A stretch of 64,000 nt of DNA from the NCBI GenBank assembly GCA_963748505.1, contig CAVVJH010000010.1:24765-88764 (forward strand). Direction: 5' to 3'. This document shows, in pieces, positions 1-10,552 of this stretch. Both the position numbers and the translations under genes were made by a program. Under the pieces are notes generated by a model, which saw nothing but the letters and a program-made list of their open reading frames with translations, was not told where the DNA came from and did not search any database. This stretch comes from Candidatus Dormiibacterota bacterium. GTDB taxonomy: Bacteria > Chloroflexota > Dormibacteria > Aeolococcales > Aeolococcaceae. How positions within the stretch are numbered: position 1 is the stretch's first letter; the number at the start of each line of letters is the position of its first letter.

Positions 1-648
1 GGCACCGCACCGAAGTTGCGGCGCGGCCGGCGCGCAAGCGGCTCCCGGTGGAGCGTGCCGCGATCACGCACAAGTTCGAAGTCGGCGGACACGAGGGCTA
101 CCTCACCGTCGGCCTCTACGAGGACGGCACCCCCGGAGAGATCTTCCTGCGCATGGCCAAGGAAGGCTCGACGGTCAGCGGTCTGATGGACTCCTTCGCC
201 ACCGTGGTGTCGGTCGGTCTGCAGTACGGCGTGCCGCTCCCTGCGCTCGTCGAAAAGTTCGCGCACACACGGTTCGACCCACAGGGGTTCACGCGCAACC
301 CCGAGATCCCGATTGCCAAGTCGGTGATGGATTACATCTTCCGCTGGCTGGCATCACGCTTCCTGCCGCAGGAGGACCGCGACCGTCTCGGCATCATCCG
401 GCGCGAGCCGGACGGCAGCGTGTCGGAACCTGTCGCCGAGATCGAAGCAGAACCGGTTGCGGCCGTCGCGGTCGCCGCGGCACCGTCAGCGGTGGACAAG
501 CCCGCCGCTGCCTATTCCGTTCACCAGCGCCGGCGCATTCATCAACCAGGAAGACGCACCAACCTGCAGCGATTGCGGCAGCCTGATGGTGCGTAACGGC
601 GCTTGCTACAAGTGCCACAACTGCGGCGCCACGAGCGGCTGCAGCTGA
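1..648 (+). CDS. nrdJ: Class II (B12-dependent) ribonucleotide reductase, C-terminal part (TSCPD domain plus Zn ribbon); 5'-truncated; apparent frameshift near 510
   Basis: THKFEVGGHEGYLTVGLYEDGTPGEIF...KEGSTVSGLMD in ORF 48..596; C-terminal DAPTCSDCGSLMVRNGACYKCHNCGATSGCS in the frame of ORF 457..648. Confidence 0.9.
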
Positions 649-676
649 CCCCCTAGAACCTCCTCCCCTCTCGCCC

Positions 677-718
677 GGGCCGCCTTCGAAACGCGTTTTG
701 GAGGCGGCCCCCTTTTTT
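677..718 (+). terminator. Rho-independent terminator after nrdJ
   Basis: Stem GGGCCGCCTTCGAAA/TTTTGGAGGCGGCCC with a CGCG loop, followed by CCTTTTTT. Confidence 0.85.
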
Positions 719-1051
719 GGCATCGCGCGGAGCTGCCAACTCTCTGCTCACGCACCTCCTCGCTCTCGACCGGAGTAGCGGGCGGCTGCCGGTATCGACC
801 TTCGGTGGAACTGAGCGGCGCCGCGGCTGAAATTGAGCGCGGCGCCCGCGCCGGTTGCGCGATCGGTGATCCACCTCGAGTACAGCCCACGTAGTGAGCC
901 TTAGTTGTCGTCCGATAGATCTGAGGCTTGGGTACTGCAACGGTTGGTTGTTGCAGATGTCCCGAGGAGGAGGATGCCCTTCGAATCACTGCAGCACGGC
1001 CCGATCGATAGTTTCTTCATGGTGACCAATACACAGATTCAGGAGGCTTTC

Positions 1052-1734
1052 ATGCCGCGATTTCATTTGACCCCGTGGCGCGCTGCAATTGGCGCCGTCA
1101 TTGGCGTCGCCAGCGTTTTCACCTTGACCCTGGGCACGGTCAGCGCTGCCGGCCACGGGACGCAACAGAAGTGCACGATCAACAATCCCTGCATCCACAC
1201 TGGAAGCGAGGGTGACGTCGATCATGGTTCGACCGCAGGATGGCTCAACGGCCGGACCGTCGAGTTCACATACAGCAAGAACTTCTATTGCGCGGCGCCC
1301 CCATCCAGCGGCGCGCCCACATTCTGCGAGGGCGGTGCAAACGCCGACTTCGCCCCCATCACGGGACAGGTCGACCCACTCTACGTGGTGGTACCGATCG
1401 GTTTCACGCCATCCACGAGCACCCTGCAGTGCCCGACCGCCGGCCGGTGCGTGGACCATCCGCATGACATCGATCTGTCACGGGTGTTTGGATCGAGTGC
1501 ATCCGATGCCCTTTGCCCCCGCATAGCCACGTGGTGACTACTGCCAACGCAGGCGTCGCCGAGTGGTGGCGGATCATCGTCGTCGGCGTGACCAGCCAGC
1601 GGCGTGGGACGGCATCGTTGACGGCAAGAGCATCAGCGCAGTGAAGTGCGTGCCAGACCAGTGCCGCCTGCACGAAGGATATTGCGTCAAACCTCTTCCT
1701 CTATTTCGCCGTGAAGTCGGCCGACAAGGCGTAG
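1052..1734 (+). CDS. Secreted Cys/His-containing hypothetical protein; frameshifted in the 3' part
   Basis: AGGAGG RBS before the ATG at 1052; signal-peptide-like N-terminus; continues in other frames as HSHVVTT..EWWRIIVVGV and ends IASNLFLYFAVKSADKA* at 1734. Confidence 0.65.
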
Positions 1735-1856
1735 ACACTCGCAAGGACCAACTCAGGGCGGTGGGTATCTCGGTCATGCACGACGCACGGCCGAGGCCCG
1801 CCAGCTCTCTTCGAATACTCATGAGGTGATATGGCAATGGATGCAGGAAGCTTCGC

Positions 1857-2809
1857 ATGGGCGTGGTGGGGTCGGCCTCGATGTCGCTGGCTCCCTCGGG
1901 CGTGGTCGCCGCACTTGGGATGACAGGAGGCGCGCTCCTGATCCTCGGATCGCTGCTGCCGTGGCTGTCCCTTTATGCCGGTGTCGACAGCATTAGCGGC
2001 ATTGCGGGAACCAATGGTCGGGTACTCCTCGGAGCGGGCATCTTGAGCGCGGCGCTGGGAATCCTCTACGCCGTGAGACCCTCGAAGCAGTTGCAGTACG
2101 GACTTGCGACCTTCGGATTTGGCATCTCCGCATTCGCCGCCTGGGTGCTGTCGCAACTTATCGGGTCGTATCAGCAGCTGCAGGCCGATCCGTTCGTCAT
2201 TGCGAGCTTGGGGGCCGGAGCGTTCATCGCGCTTGGCGGCGGCCTGGTCGTGCTCGGCACAGTACTTGTTCCACAGCGCGCACAGCAGTGCAAGGGAACA
2301 GCCCGGCCGCGATGGTTGTTACTCGTCGTGCCGACGCTCGGACGATACTGCTTGCAGGGGTCGTGGCAATGCTGGTCAGCGCGGCGCTGATACATCTCTC
2401 CGTGGTAGGCCCGCACCTGCAGGAATCGACTTTGTATGCCGCGTTTTTCGTCGGCGCGGCAATCGCGCAGTTGGGCGCCGCGATGGTATTGACGATGAGC
2501 CGGAATCGTCTCTTGCTGCTTGGGGTCGCAGTCGGCAATGCTCTCGTGATTGCCGTCTGGGCACTCTCCCGAACGGTCGGCCTGCCCATCGGACCGACAC
2601 CGGGAGTTGCCGAGGGCATATCCCTCCCCGATGTGCTCGCAAGCGCTGCAGAAGCGGCGATTGTGATGCTCTCGATCGCGCTCCTACTCAATGGGCGGGC
2701 CCGGATGGCGAAGCCTTGGTTGGTTGGCTTGGGAGCAACTGCCGTCTGCGCTCTCGCCCTCAGCATCACCATCGTGGCGATTCTTGGGGTGCAAGCAGGA
2801 GGCGGCTGA
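1857..2809 (+). CDS. Multi-pass membrane protein; ORFs 1857..2390 and 2288..2809 are probably one frameshifted gene
   Basis: Consecutive hydrophobic helices; AALIHLSVVGPHLQE motif in the second half. Confidence 0.6.
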
Positions 2810-2820
2810 GCGGCAACTGG

Positions 2821-3195
2821 CTATCGACGCGGCGAGAGCTGCGCGGCGGCCTCACGCTCCCGGGCTCGTGCGCGAACCAGACGGCCGATGGCCGCCATTG
2901 GCAGGTTGCTACCGAAAGGAAATTGAAGAGTGCCTTTCGCACTCGCAAACTGTTTGAGCTCTTCGGGGAGACGGTCGACGGGGCCAAGTGCATAGAGCCC
3001 GACGTGCTGCCGATGGGCGGCGAAGTAGGCCAAACGGCCGTGGTGGTGATAGGACGGCATCCCGTAGCTGATCCTCTCCTCGGCATTGGGCACCGCGGTC
3101 CTGATGGCGCGCCGCAACTGCTGCAATATCGGGCGCGCAGCTTCGGGCGCAGCGCTGATATAGGTTTCGACATCGTCGCGCGCGGGGTCCGTCAT
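2821..3195 (-). CDS. DUF1801/YdhG-like protein
   Basis: VETYI...LRRAIRTAVPNAEERISYGMPSY...HVGLY...KGTLQFP. Confidence 0.85.
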   Translation of the reverse strand: MTDPARDDVETYISAAPEAARPILQQLRRAIRTAVPNAEERISYGMPSYHHHGRLAYFAAHRQHVGLYALGPVDRLPEELKQFASAKGTLQFPFGSNLPMAAIGRLVRARAREREAAAQLSPRR

Positions 3196-3309
3196 GACGT
3201 GCTCCTCTGTTGGGCTATCGGCGCGCGCCGGATTCAGTCAGGCGCTCTGAGCGGCGTCATCCCTATCATCCCGTGCGCACCACGCCGCCTGGCTCGCGCC
3301 GCTGCCCAA

Positions 3310-3657
3310 TCAAACAAACGGCGCGGGGTCAAAGGTCAGCATCTCCGTTGCGATCCTTCCCGACGCAACAGTGAAGAAATCCGCGCAGAGCGCCGGAGAT
3401 CCGCCGGTCGTGAATATCCGGTAGAGCAACAGCACCGAGTTTTCGGCCTGCGTCGAAGCGACGAGCTCCCAACGCGGTTCGATGCGTTGCGAAAATGCGC
3501 GAATCATCTGCATGAATTGATCAATACCCTGAAGCCGCTGCCGCGGAGTCACGAAGACAACGTCGTCGGCAATATACCGAGCAGCCGCATCGAAATCCTG
3601 GCGCGTCCACGCGTTTTGGTACGCAGTTACGATGTCCAGCGTCGATTCTTCTGCCAT
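3310..3657 (-). CDS. SnoaL-like/NTF2-fold protein
   Basis: AYQNAWTRQDFDAAARYIADDVVF...GRIA..LTFDP; start taken at MAEES. Confidence 0.75.
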   Translation of the reverse strand: MAEESTLDIVTAYQNAWTRQDFDAAARYIADDVVFVTPRQRLQGIDQFMQMIRAFSQRIEPRWELVASTQAENSVLLLYRIFTTGGSPALCADFFTVASGRIATEMLTFDPAPFV

Positions 3658-3812
3658 GGTTTCCCCGTTAGGTAGCAATAGTGATTCGAATGTCGAGCGG
3701 AGAGGCGTCGCCTTGATATCGGATGGGAACGTGTTGATCGGAGCCCCCGAGTTGCTGGCCCGCCGCGCCCTCGGCGGCGAGTGCCAAGAGGACACGGCGG
3801 GCCAATCGAAAA

Positions 3813-4403
3813 TCAGCGCTGAAGTGCGCCCTCCCTGGTGGCCGAGGACATCGTGGATGCGGCCTCGTCGGCGTTGTCGAGTGCGGTTTGCTTCAGCTGA
3901 TCGGCATGCTCTTGACCGCTCTCTTTCGCGGTTTCACCCGCAGCCTGAACGACATCCTGCGCCACTTGCTTACCGTGCTCGAGTGCCTGCTGTCCGGTGT
4001 CCTTGATGGTGTCTTTCACCTGGTCGGCAGCTTGGCCGACCGCCTCGTCTTCGAACCGTGTCGCCGGAACCAGCATGCCGGCAAGGAAACCAAGCGCGGC
4101 AGCGCCCAAAGCGAGCCCGAGCGGATTCTGCTGCGCGACGCTCGCCGCCCGCTTGGCCGTCTGCTTCACGTCCTCCGAGCTCGGCGCAACACCCCCGACT
4201 GTGTCCGCAGCATTCGAAGCGCCGCCGACGATAGCGTCCTTCACGGCGGTCACCTTGCCGACCACCGCTTGCTTCTTGTCATCGATTGCGTCCTTGGTCC
4301 GAGCCTTGACGTCGGTCTTGTAGCTCAGGGCCTCGACAGTGTCGCCCATGCGCCCTCGGGTCGCCTCTATTGCCTCCCGGATTTCGCCTGGATCTTTGCC
4401 CAC
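3813..4403 (-). CDS. DUF3618 domain protein
   Basis: DPGEIREAIEATRGRMGDTVEAL..KTDVKAR; NPLGLALGAAALGFLAG. Confidence 0.85.
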   Translation of the reverse strand: MGKDPGEIREAIEATRGRMGDTVEALSYKTDVKARTKDAIDDKKQAVVGKVTAVKDAIVGGASNAADTVGGVAPSSEDVKQTAKRAASVAQQNPLGLALGAAALGFLAGMLVPATRFEDEAVGQAADQVKDTIKDTGQQALEHGKQVAQDVVQAAGETAKESGQEHADQLKQTALDNADEAASTMSSATREGALQR

Positions 4404-4817
4404 TCCACGTCCTCCTTAATGCTTTGTACTGTTTGCTCTGGCGCGGGCGGCACCGCCTTCTTAAGTCGTGCCTTGCCCGAGGAGGGCCAAGCAGGCCGCG
4501 ATAACCACGTAGATAACGACAATGACCAAACTCGACAGCCACACTGGCAGGGCCAAGCTGAGAGCTGCGATCAGACACGTCGTGAGCGCAGCGAATGCGA
4601 AGAACCCAAGCAAGCCGGCGCCGCCAAACAAGCCAGCAGCAATGCCTCCTTGCTTCGCTTTCTGCGCCAGCTCGGCCTTGGCCAAATCGAGTTCCTGACG
4701 CATGAGCGTTGACGTCTCATTCGCGAGTTCACGGAGCAACTCTCCAATGGGCTTGTCATGAAGATCGGTGCGCTCCAAAATGTCGGGCTCCCTCCCGGGC
4801 TGGAACTCGGCGGCCAC
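4367..4817 (-). CDS. Phage_holin_3_6-family membrane protein (chromosomal stress-operon type); frameshift near 4470
   Basis: PIGELLRELANETSTLMRQELDLAKAEL; C-terminus PPAPEQTVQSIKEDVEWAK in a shifted frame; typical DUF3618 neighbour. Confidence 0.8.
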
Positions 4818-5329
4818 TAGGAGATGCCGCGACGCTGCGGACCCGCCGGTTCGAACACGCGGGGCGATCCACTCGGGGAACGTTGCATGTAACGGCGGGA
4901 ACTCGATGCCTTGAGGAATCGAGAGGCGAGAAAGCCGGCTGCGATGCCACCGACAATGACCATCCAGGGCTGCTTGCGCCCAAAGTCCTCGAGGTCGTAG
5001 AGAAGCTGATCCGGGTCCGCAGTCTTCAGATATCCCGCTAGTTGCTCGGCTTTGTCGACCACCGGCGTCAGCAACTGTGCTGGAGTGTCATTCCCTTGCG
5101 AGCGCAACTCGCTCGTGCTGTTGCGCAGCGCGGTGCTGAGCGACGACAGCTGTTCGCCAGCCTGCGTCGACCGTACTGCAAGCTGTTCGCGGACTTGTGT
5201 GGTGACCTGCGTAGAGATCTGCTCGGCCGCGTGCTGGGCTTGTTCCTGAACGCCGTCAGGCAGCGCATCCTGCAGCTTGGTCATGATCGAACCGTCCGGT
5301 TCTGCGGTTATTGGGTCTGCCATGATCAC
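4817..5329 (-). CDS. Hypothetical protein of the DUF3618/holin operon
   Basis: AGYLKTADPDQLLYDLEDFGRKQPWMVIVGGIAAGFLASRFLKAS; stop overlaps the holin start. Confidence 0.75.
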   Translation of the reverse strand: MIMADPITAEPDGSIMTKLQDALPDGVQEQAQHAAEQISTQVTTQVREQLAVRSTQAGEQLSSLSTALRNSTSELRSQGNDTPAQLLTPVVDKAEQLAGYLKTADPDQLLYDLEDFGRKQPWMVIVGGIAAGFLASRFLKASSSRRYMQRSPSGSPRVFEPAGPQRRGIS

Positions 5330-5365
5330 CTCCGTACATCGCTTTGGTTTAGTCGCTGCAACAGA

Positions 5366-6293
5366 TCAACGTCGTGTGGGTTCGGCATACTGCGGCTCCC
5401 GAACTCTGCTTTGCGCGGTTTCATCCGCCTGCGCTTGCGCGTTCGGCGCAATGCTGCTTCCTGCTTGTGGAAATGATCCGGGATCCGGCGGGTGCAGCTC
5501 GGCATTGACCGAGCCGCCGAGCATGATGATTTGGGCCATCCAGAACGCCAGTGTCATGAGCAGAAAGAAAAGGGCGAATGTACTTCCGTACGTGGTGAAC
5601 CCATGGGACAGCTTGAAATACAGCGGGAAAACCAGCATGAAGAGCTCAAAGAGCACCGCCGCCATCAAAGTCCCGGCGAGAATGTCGCGGATTCTCTGCT
5701 TCCGATTGGGAACGACATAGTAAATGGAGCCGAACAGCAAGACCCCGTCAACGACGCCGAGTGCAATCTGGAGTAGCAACGCGACTGGTCCAGTTGCCAG
5801 AAAGGATGGGACGCCCGGAAGCTTCGTGAGAATCGAGAGGAGGCTCGCTGAGGCAGTTGCCGGTACCACCAAGATCGTGAAGACGACGATCATCACGATC
5901 GCCATCAACTTCTGGCGGACAAAGCCTCGTTGCCGGATTGGAAACAGCGCGTCGAGGCCTTGATCGATGGCGCCGAACAGCGATGATCCACTCCACAGAA
6001 GGCCGACGAAACCCGCAACGACGAGTGGTCCGGCCGCCCGATGAAAACTATGGAGCGCCTGGATGATCAACATCCCCTGCTGACCGGGGATGGCCGCGGC
6101 TATGTTGCGTTCCAAACCGCCACCAACATTCGACGCGCCGAAGAGACCAAGAATGAGGGTGATAGCCAGGATGATCGGAAAGAAATGCGAAGAGCGCGTT
6201 CCACGCGATGGCAGTAGCCCATGTCCCACCGCTCGCGGCGCCATATCGTTTGATCACGCGGGCCGGAAAGCTATTCGACTGCCGTTTGGCCAT
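5366..6293 (-). CDS. YihY/virulence factor BrkB family membrane protein; frameshift near 6185
   Basis: WATAIAWNALFA; GLLWSGSSLF; IYYVVPN; TTYGSTFA..LLMT..FW..QII.LGG..NA. Confidence 0.85.
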
Positions 6294-6607
6294 CCGGACC
6301 AGAGAACTGTTCATAGAGTTCGTTGCTTCATAGGTCCTGTCAGTCCTTCTTTGGATCAACCTGGCTGGACTCCACGCGCGGGCTGCGGTGAACTGTGGCT
6401 TTCCTGATTCGAGCCTTCCCGCCGCGCGGTGAGAGTGCCGCTAAATGCACTGAGGCGATGCGCTGGCGACGACGATACTGGTGCCTTTCTGATGGACGCG
6501 AGGCCACCCCATCGCCGCGCGGCAGTTGTCCTTCGGCGTCGGCGGCTTCATCTTTCAAAGCTCCCGCTTCACTGAGCTTCCATGCGTGAGCCCGCCCCCC
6601 CATGCCC

Positions 6608-7279
6608 TCAGGCCCCCGTCGCAAGGGCTCGGTCGACGCGGTGGTGGTAGCGGAGGCCCATCGTGCCGCCGAGCATTGCGGCTGCCAAGGTCACGACGGC
6701 GATGGCCACGACCGCAATAGCCGCACCGGCAGCGAAGGACTGTCCATTCACTGGAACCGACGGCAGGCGCAGTTGACTGAGCAGGTTGTACTGAGATCCC
6801 GCCAGAGCGCCGACGATCGCAAGTGCGACTGTGACCAAGAGGCCAATCAACCAGACGCCGAATCCTTGCGTGGCCCCAGAGAATCGGGACATGCGTCCCG
6901 CCACGTATCCGCCAGCGTAATACGCAATGAACAGAACGATGAGCAGGAGGACGGCTCCGGTGACCGATAGAGCAGCCACGTCCTTTGTGACCTGATCCCC
7001 GGTCAGCGCAATCGCCGCTCCGGTGGCGGCCAATCCTGCCGTCAGCAGGGCTGCGATGCCAATCACCACGAGCCAGCCGAACAGCGCGGCGCCCAAATTG
7101 AATCCTCGCAGACGGCTCAGTTCGCGCCGGCGCTCCTGTTCCTGTCGCGTCAGCTCACCTGGATCGATAGCGCCAGTCGGGCGAAATGGCGTTTGCGTGG
7201 GCCTCAGGCTCGTTGCGGCCTGCGTGCCAGGGGCTGGCGGCGGTTCCGGGACGCCGCGCTCAATGCCGCCAGCGGTCAT
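6608..7279 (-). CDS. Membrane protein
   Basis: GFNLGAALFGWLV...IAYYAGGYVAGRMSRFSG...GLRYHHRVDRA; hydrophobic segments. Confidence 0.75.
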   Translation of the reverse strand: MTAGGIERGVPEPPPAPGTQAATSLRPTQTPFRPTGAIDPGELTRQEQERRRELSRLRGFNLGAALFGWLVVIGIAALLTAGLAATGAAIALTGDQVTKDVAALSVTGAVLLLIVLFIAYYAGGYVAGRMSRFSGATQGFGVWLIGLLVTVALAIVGALAGSQYNLLSQLRLPSVPVNGQSFAAGAAIAVVAIAVVTLAAAMLGGTMGLRYHHRVDRALATGA

Positions 7280-7535
7280 CAGAGTTCCTCGGTCATGTGC
7301 TTGAGAGGGTCGTCGAAACCCCGCAGCGCGAGCCAGTGAAGGTCGGTGCCAGCGGCATGTTGGCCCCTCTGTGGGATTTTCATGAGTGAAGCGATATCAT
7401 AAAAAGTGGTACTACCGCTGTCAACTGCCGCGACGGGTCGCCTCGGCAAATCAGCATTCGGGGCATGGGTCGCTGGGTGTTGATAGCCTAGCGAAACGCT
7501 CAGATTTAGTTACAGTTGCTGTATCATTCTAGATA

Positions 7536-8993
7536 ATGGCGATCCGCCGACAGACCTCTCCGGCGGCGGAGGAGAGGCCCGACCCACTTCGCGCCGTCGC
7601 CGCCAAGCTCACCGGTGTTGCCGAAGAGCCCATGCCAGCGGACGTCGCCAAGGAGAGCCCTGCCGGCGATGCCGCTACGGGCACCCCCTCGGGTGGGCGC
7701 AGTGGCGTTGATGAGGCACTGCACCGCGGACCTTTCGGGGTTCTCCAACTCTTAGGCCCCGGACTTATTACAGGGGCGTCGGACGACGATCCCTCAGGAA
7801 TCGGTACCTATTCTCAGGCCGGTAGCCAGTACGGGCTCGGAACCCTTTGGCTCGCGCTCTTCACCTTTCCACTGATGGTCGCCGTCCAGGAAGCGTGCGC
7901 CCGCATTGCGCTCCAGACAGGCGTCGGGCTAGGTGTCTCGCTCCGCCGAAAGTTTCCCTCTGCGCTGGTCGGGATTTGCATTCTCGCGGTCTTCTGCGCC
8001 AACACCATCAACATCGGCGCAGATCTGGGCGCTGTCGCTGCTGGCGGGTCGCTCCTCACCGGGAGTCACATCCCAGCCGCGTGGTTGGTCGTCCCGGTTG
8101 CGCTGCTCATCGGCTTTCTGCAACTCCGCATGTCGTACTCGGTTATTTTCAAGATCTTCAAGTACCTGACCTTGGCTCTCTTCGCATATGTGATCACGGT
8201 TTTCGTGGTGCACCCCGCGTTGATACGGACGCTCGAAGCGACCATCGTCCCCCATGTCGAGCTCAACCAAGGGTTCCTCGGCATCGTCGTCGCCATCTTG
8301 GGCACAACGATCAGCCCTTACCTGTTTTTCTGGCAGGCCTCGAGCGAAGTTGATGAGATGAAGGCAGCAGGCGCCCAGACAGAGGACGAGCGACGCGGCA
8401 CGAACCGCAAGGAACTCAAAGCAGCGCGACTCGACGTGACTATCGGCATGCTTTTTTCCCAGCTCGTGATGTACTCAATAATCCTGACGTCGGGGACGGT
8501 ACTGCACGGATCTGGCCATGACGGTATTGCGAGTGCCGCCCAGGCGGCACAAGCGCTGCGTCCCCTCGCGGGGCCTTTCGCCTTCGTCCTCTTCTCGGTG
8601 GGCATGATTGGAACCGGTCTGCTCGCAATCCCCGTTCTCAGCGGGAGCGCCGCCTACGCCGTCAAGGAGTTTTTCGGCTTCCGCGGCGGCCTCAGCGAGC
8701 ACGTCACGGCTCGCCCAACCTTCTACGGCCTCATCGTAGCCGCCATTGCCGGTGGGCTAGCGATGAACTTTCTCAACATCAATCCCATCCAGGCATTGGT
8801 CGTCACCGCCATCATCAACGGCATCGTCGCGCCACCCATCCTCGTACTGCTTGCACTCCTTGCCAGGGATAAGACGGTGATGCAGGAACATCGGAGTGGC
8901 ACGTGGAGCAACGCCTTGGTCTGGATTGCAACGCTCCTAATGAGCGCAGCAGCAATCCTCCTCCTCGTGACGCTCGTTCGGTGGCCAGTGTGA
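7536..8993 (+). CDS. Nramp/MntH-family divalent metal transporter
   Basis: LGPGLITGASDDDPSGIGTYSQAG; ILGTTISPYLFFWQ. Confidence 0.92.
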   Translation: MAIRRQTSPAAEERPDPLRAVAAKLTGVAEEPMPADVAKESPAGDAATGTPSGGRSGVDEALHRGPFGVLQLLGPGLITGASDDDPSGIGTYSQAGSQYGLGTLWLALFTFPLMVAVQEACARIALQTGVGLGVSLRRKFPSALVGICILAVFCANTINIGADLGAVAAGGSLLTGSHIPAAWLVVPVALLIGFLQLRMSYSVIFKIFKYLTLALFAYVITVFVVHPALIRTLEATIVPHVELNQGFLGIVVAILGTTISPYLFFWQASSEVDEMKAAGAQTEDERRGTNRKELKAARLDVTIGMLFSQLVMYSIILTSGTVLHGSGHDGIASAAQAAQALRPLAGPFAFVLFSVGMIGTGLLAIPVLSGSAAYAVKEFFGFRGGLSEHVTARPTFYGLIVAAIAGGLAMNFLNINPIQALVVTAIINGIVAPPILVLLALLARDKTVMQEHRSGTWSNALVWIATLLMSAAAILLLVTLVRWPV

Positions 8994-9027
8994 TGCCCGA
9001 GGTACAGGCTGATAGCCTTCAATGTGA

Positions 9028-9324
9028 GTGACAGAGAGGGACACGCCACCAACCACGCGTGAGCGCGCACTTTTCGCGGCTGCTAGTCAGCCGGCGCCAG
9101 CGGAGTTTGTGCGTCTGTGCAAGGTCATCGGTCGCGATCCGCGCGAGGTACTCGACGGCTTCGAGGCCCTTCCCCACCGCTGGCTGATCGTGAGCTTCAA
9201 CACGGCGGGCGTGGTCACTGAGGCTGCCCGCGAGTTGTCATTTCCTGAGGACGTTCAGGTACGTCTCAAGGCGACGCGCGACTATGTCGAGAGGCCGTGG
9301 TGGCGCAGACTGGCCAGCCGCTGA
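9028..9324 (+). CDS. Hypothetical protein
   Basis: Plausible globular ORF downstream of the Nramp gene, ending RPWWRRLASR. Confidence 0.5.
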   Translation: MTERDTPPTTRERALFAAASQPAPAEFVRLCKVIGRDPREVLDGFEALPHRWLIVSFNTAGVVTEAARELSFPEDVQVRLKATRDYVERPWWRRLASR

Positions 9325-9890
9325 GGACCGTTCTGTCCGGTGCCGAACCGACGCGAAGCGACCCGTCCGGTACATTCGGATGAGGGACCAGGCAGGGTGA
9401 TCCCTCGAACCCCTCGCTGCGTGCCGTACCCCCTGTCCGCAGCCCCCTGCCTGGCCCTCGAATACTGCAACCAGGTGGGCTGAGCTCGGCCCGAATCTAG
9501 GCCTTGACCTCGCCCATTTCCGTTGTGCAAAATCTGGATTGGCACAATGCGAGGGCGGCGTTCCTAGGACCTTGATCGATCGAGAGAGTGGGGGCATGAT
9601 CTCGGGTCTGGACGCCGCTCTTTGCTGGAAGCTGCACCACTTTCCGGGTCGAGCCCGGGGCAGCGACGATGGTCCATGCCGTTCCATCCCAGTGCTCGAC
9701 CAGGTTGCCCATTTTGCTGAACGGCATTGGCAGTCCATCCCACCGCCCAGACGTCGTCGGCCGATCCCGCTGCGACGCTGACGTGGTTCGCGTTTGAAAG
9801 CGGATTTCGGTTTTAGCCGATTTTTAGGCACCCCTTGGACACTTCGGCTCATTCAGACGACCTGAGCACGAATGTGCGCAAGGAGACACC

Positions 9891-10430
9891 ATGACTCGAC
9901 GGACCCTTTTCGGTTGGAGCAGCGTGATCGCGGCAACCAGTGTGTTGCTCACGGCCTGCGGCAGCCCGGCATCTGGGACGGCGCCAAGCTCACCGGCGAA
10001 TGCAGCGACCAGTGCTCCCTCCGCGACATCGACTGCAGCTCCTGCGGACCCGGTCGCCGCAGCAGCTACTGGCGCGTGTGAACTCGTGACGCAGCAGGAG
10101 GCTTCGACAGCCATAGGCGCTGCAGCTGGGCCCGGCGATGGCAGTATCGGGTGCACATACAAAGGACCGGCCGGCGAGACCCTCTCTGTGGTCATCGTCG
10201 TCGGAAACAAGGCTGAAATCGACCAGGTCAAAGCGCCGCTGGCTGGAACTCCTGGCTACCAGGACGTCCCCGGCGTCGGCGAGGCGGCCTTCATGAAGAG
10301 CGGCGATGGAGGTGGGCAGTTCTACTGCGTCAAGGGCACGCGGGTTCTGATGATCACACTGTCACTGGTGAACCGATCGGTCGCCGATCCTCTCTTGACG
10401 GTCGGCACCACCGCCTGCGGGCGCCTCTGA
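9891..10430 (+). CDS. Putative lipoprotein (DUF3558-like)
   Basis: AGGAGA RBS; lipobox LLTAC; Ser/Ala/Pro linker; ACELVT...CTY...VPGVGEAAF. Confidence 0.75.
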   Translation: MTRRTLFGWSSVIAATSVLLTACGSPASGTAPSSPANAATSAPSATSTAAPADPVAAAATGACELVTQQEASTAIGAAAGPGDGSIGCTYKGPAGETLSVVIVVGNKAEIDQVKAPLAGTPGYQDVPGVGEAAFMKSGDGGGQFYCVKGTRVLMITLSLVNRSVADPLLTVGTTACGRL

Positions 10431-10552
10431 TCACGGAGAGCTGGTCGACGACGCGCGGAAGTAGGTCGCGGACCGCACACATCAGGACGTCACGCCTGAT
10501 GTAGGGTGACCGCTGTCACCCTGAGCGGTCACGCAGACATGAGAGCAGGAAG

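Noticed and set aside
4367-4817. Holin as evidence of a prophage
   Set aside because: This family occurs with DUF3618 in chromosomal operons, and there are no phage genes nearby.
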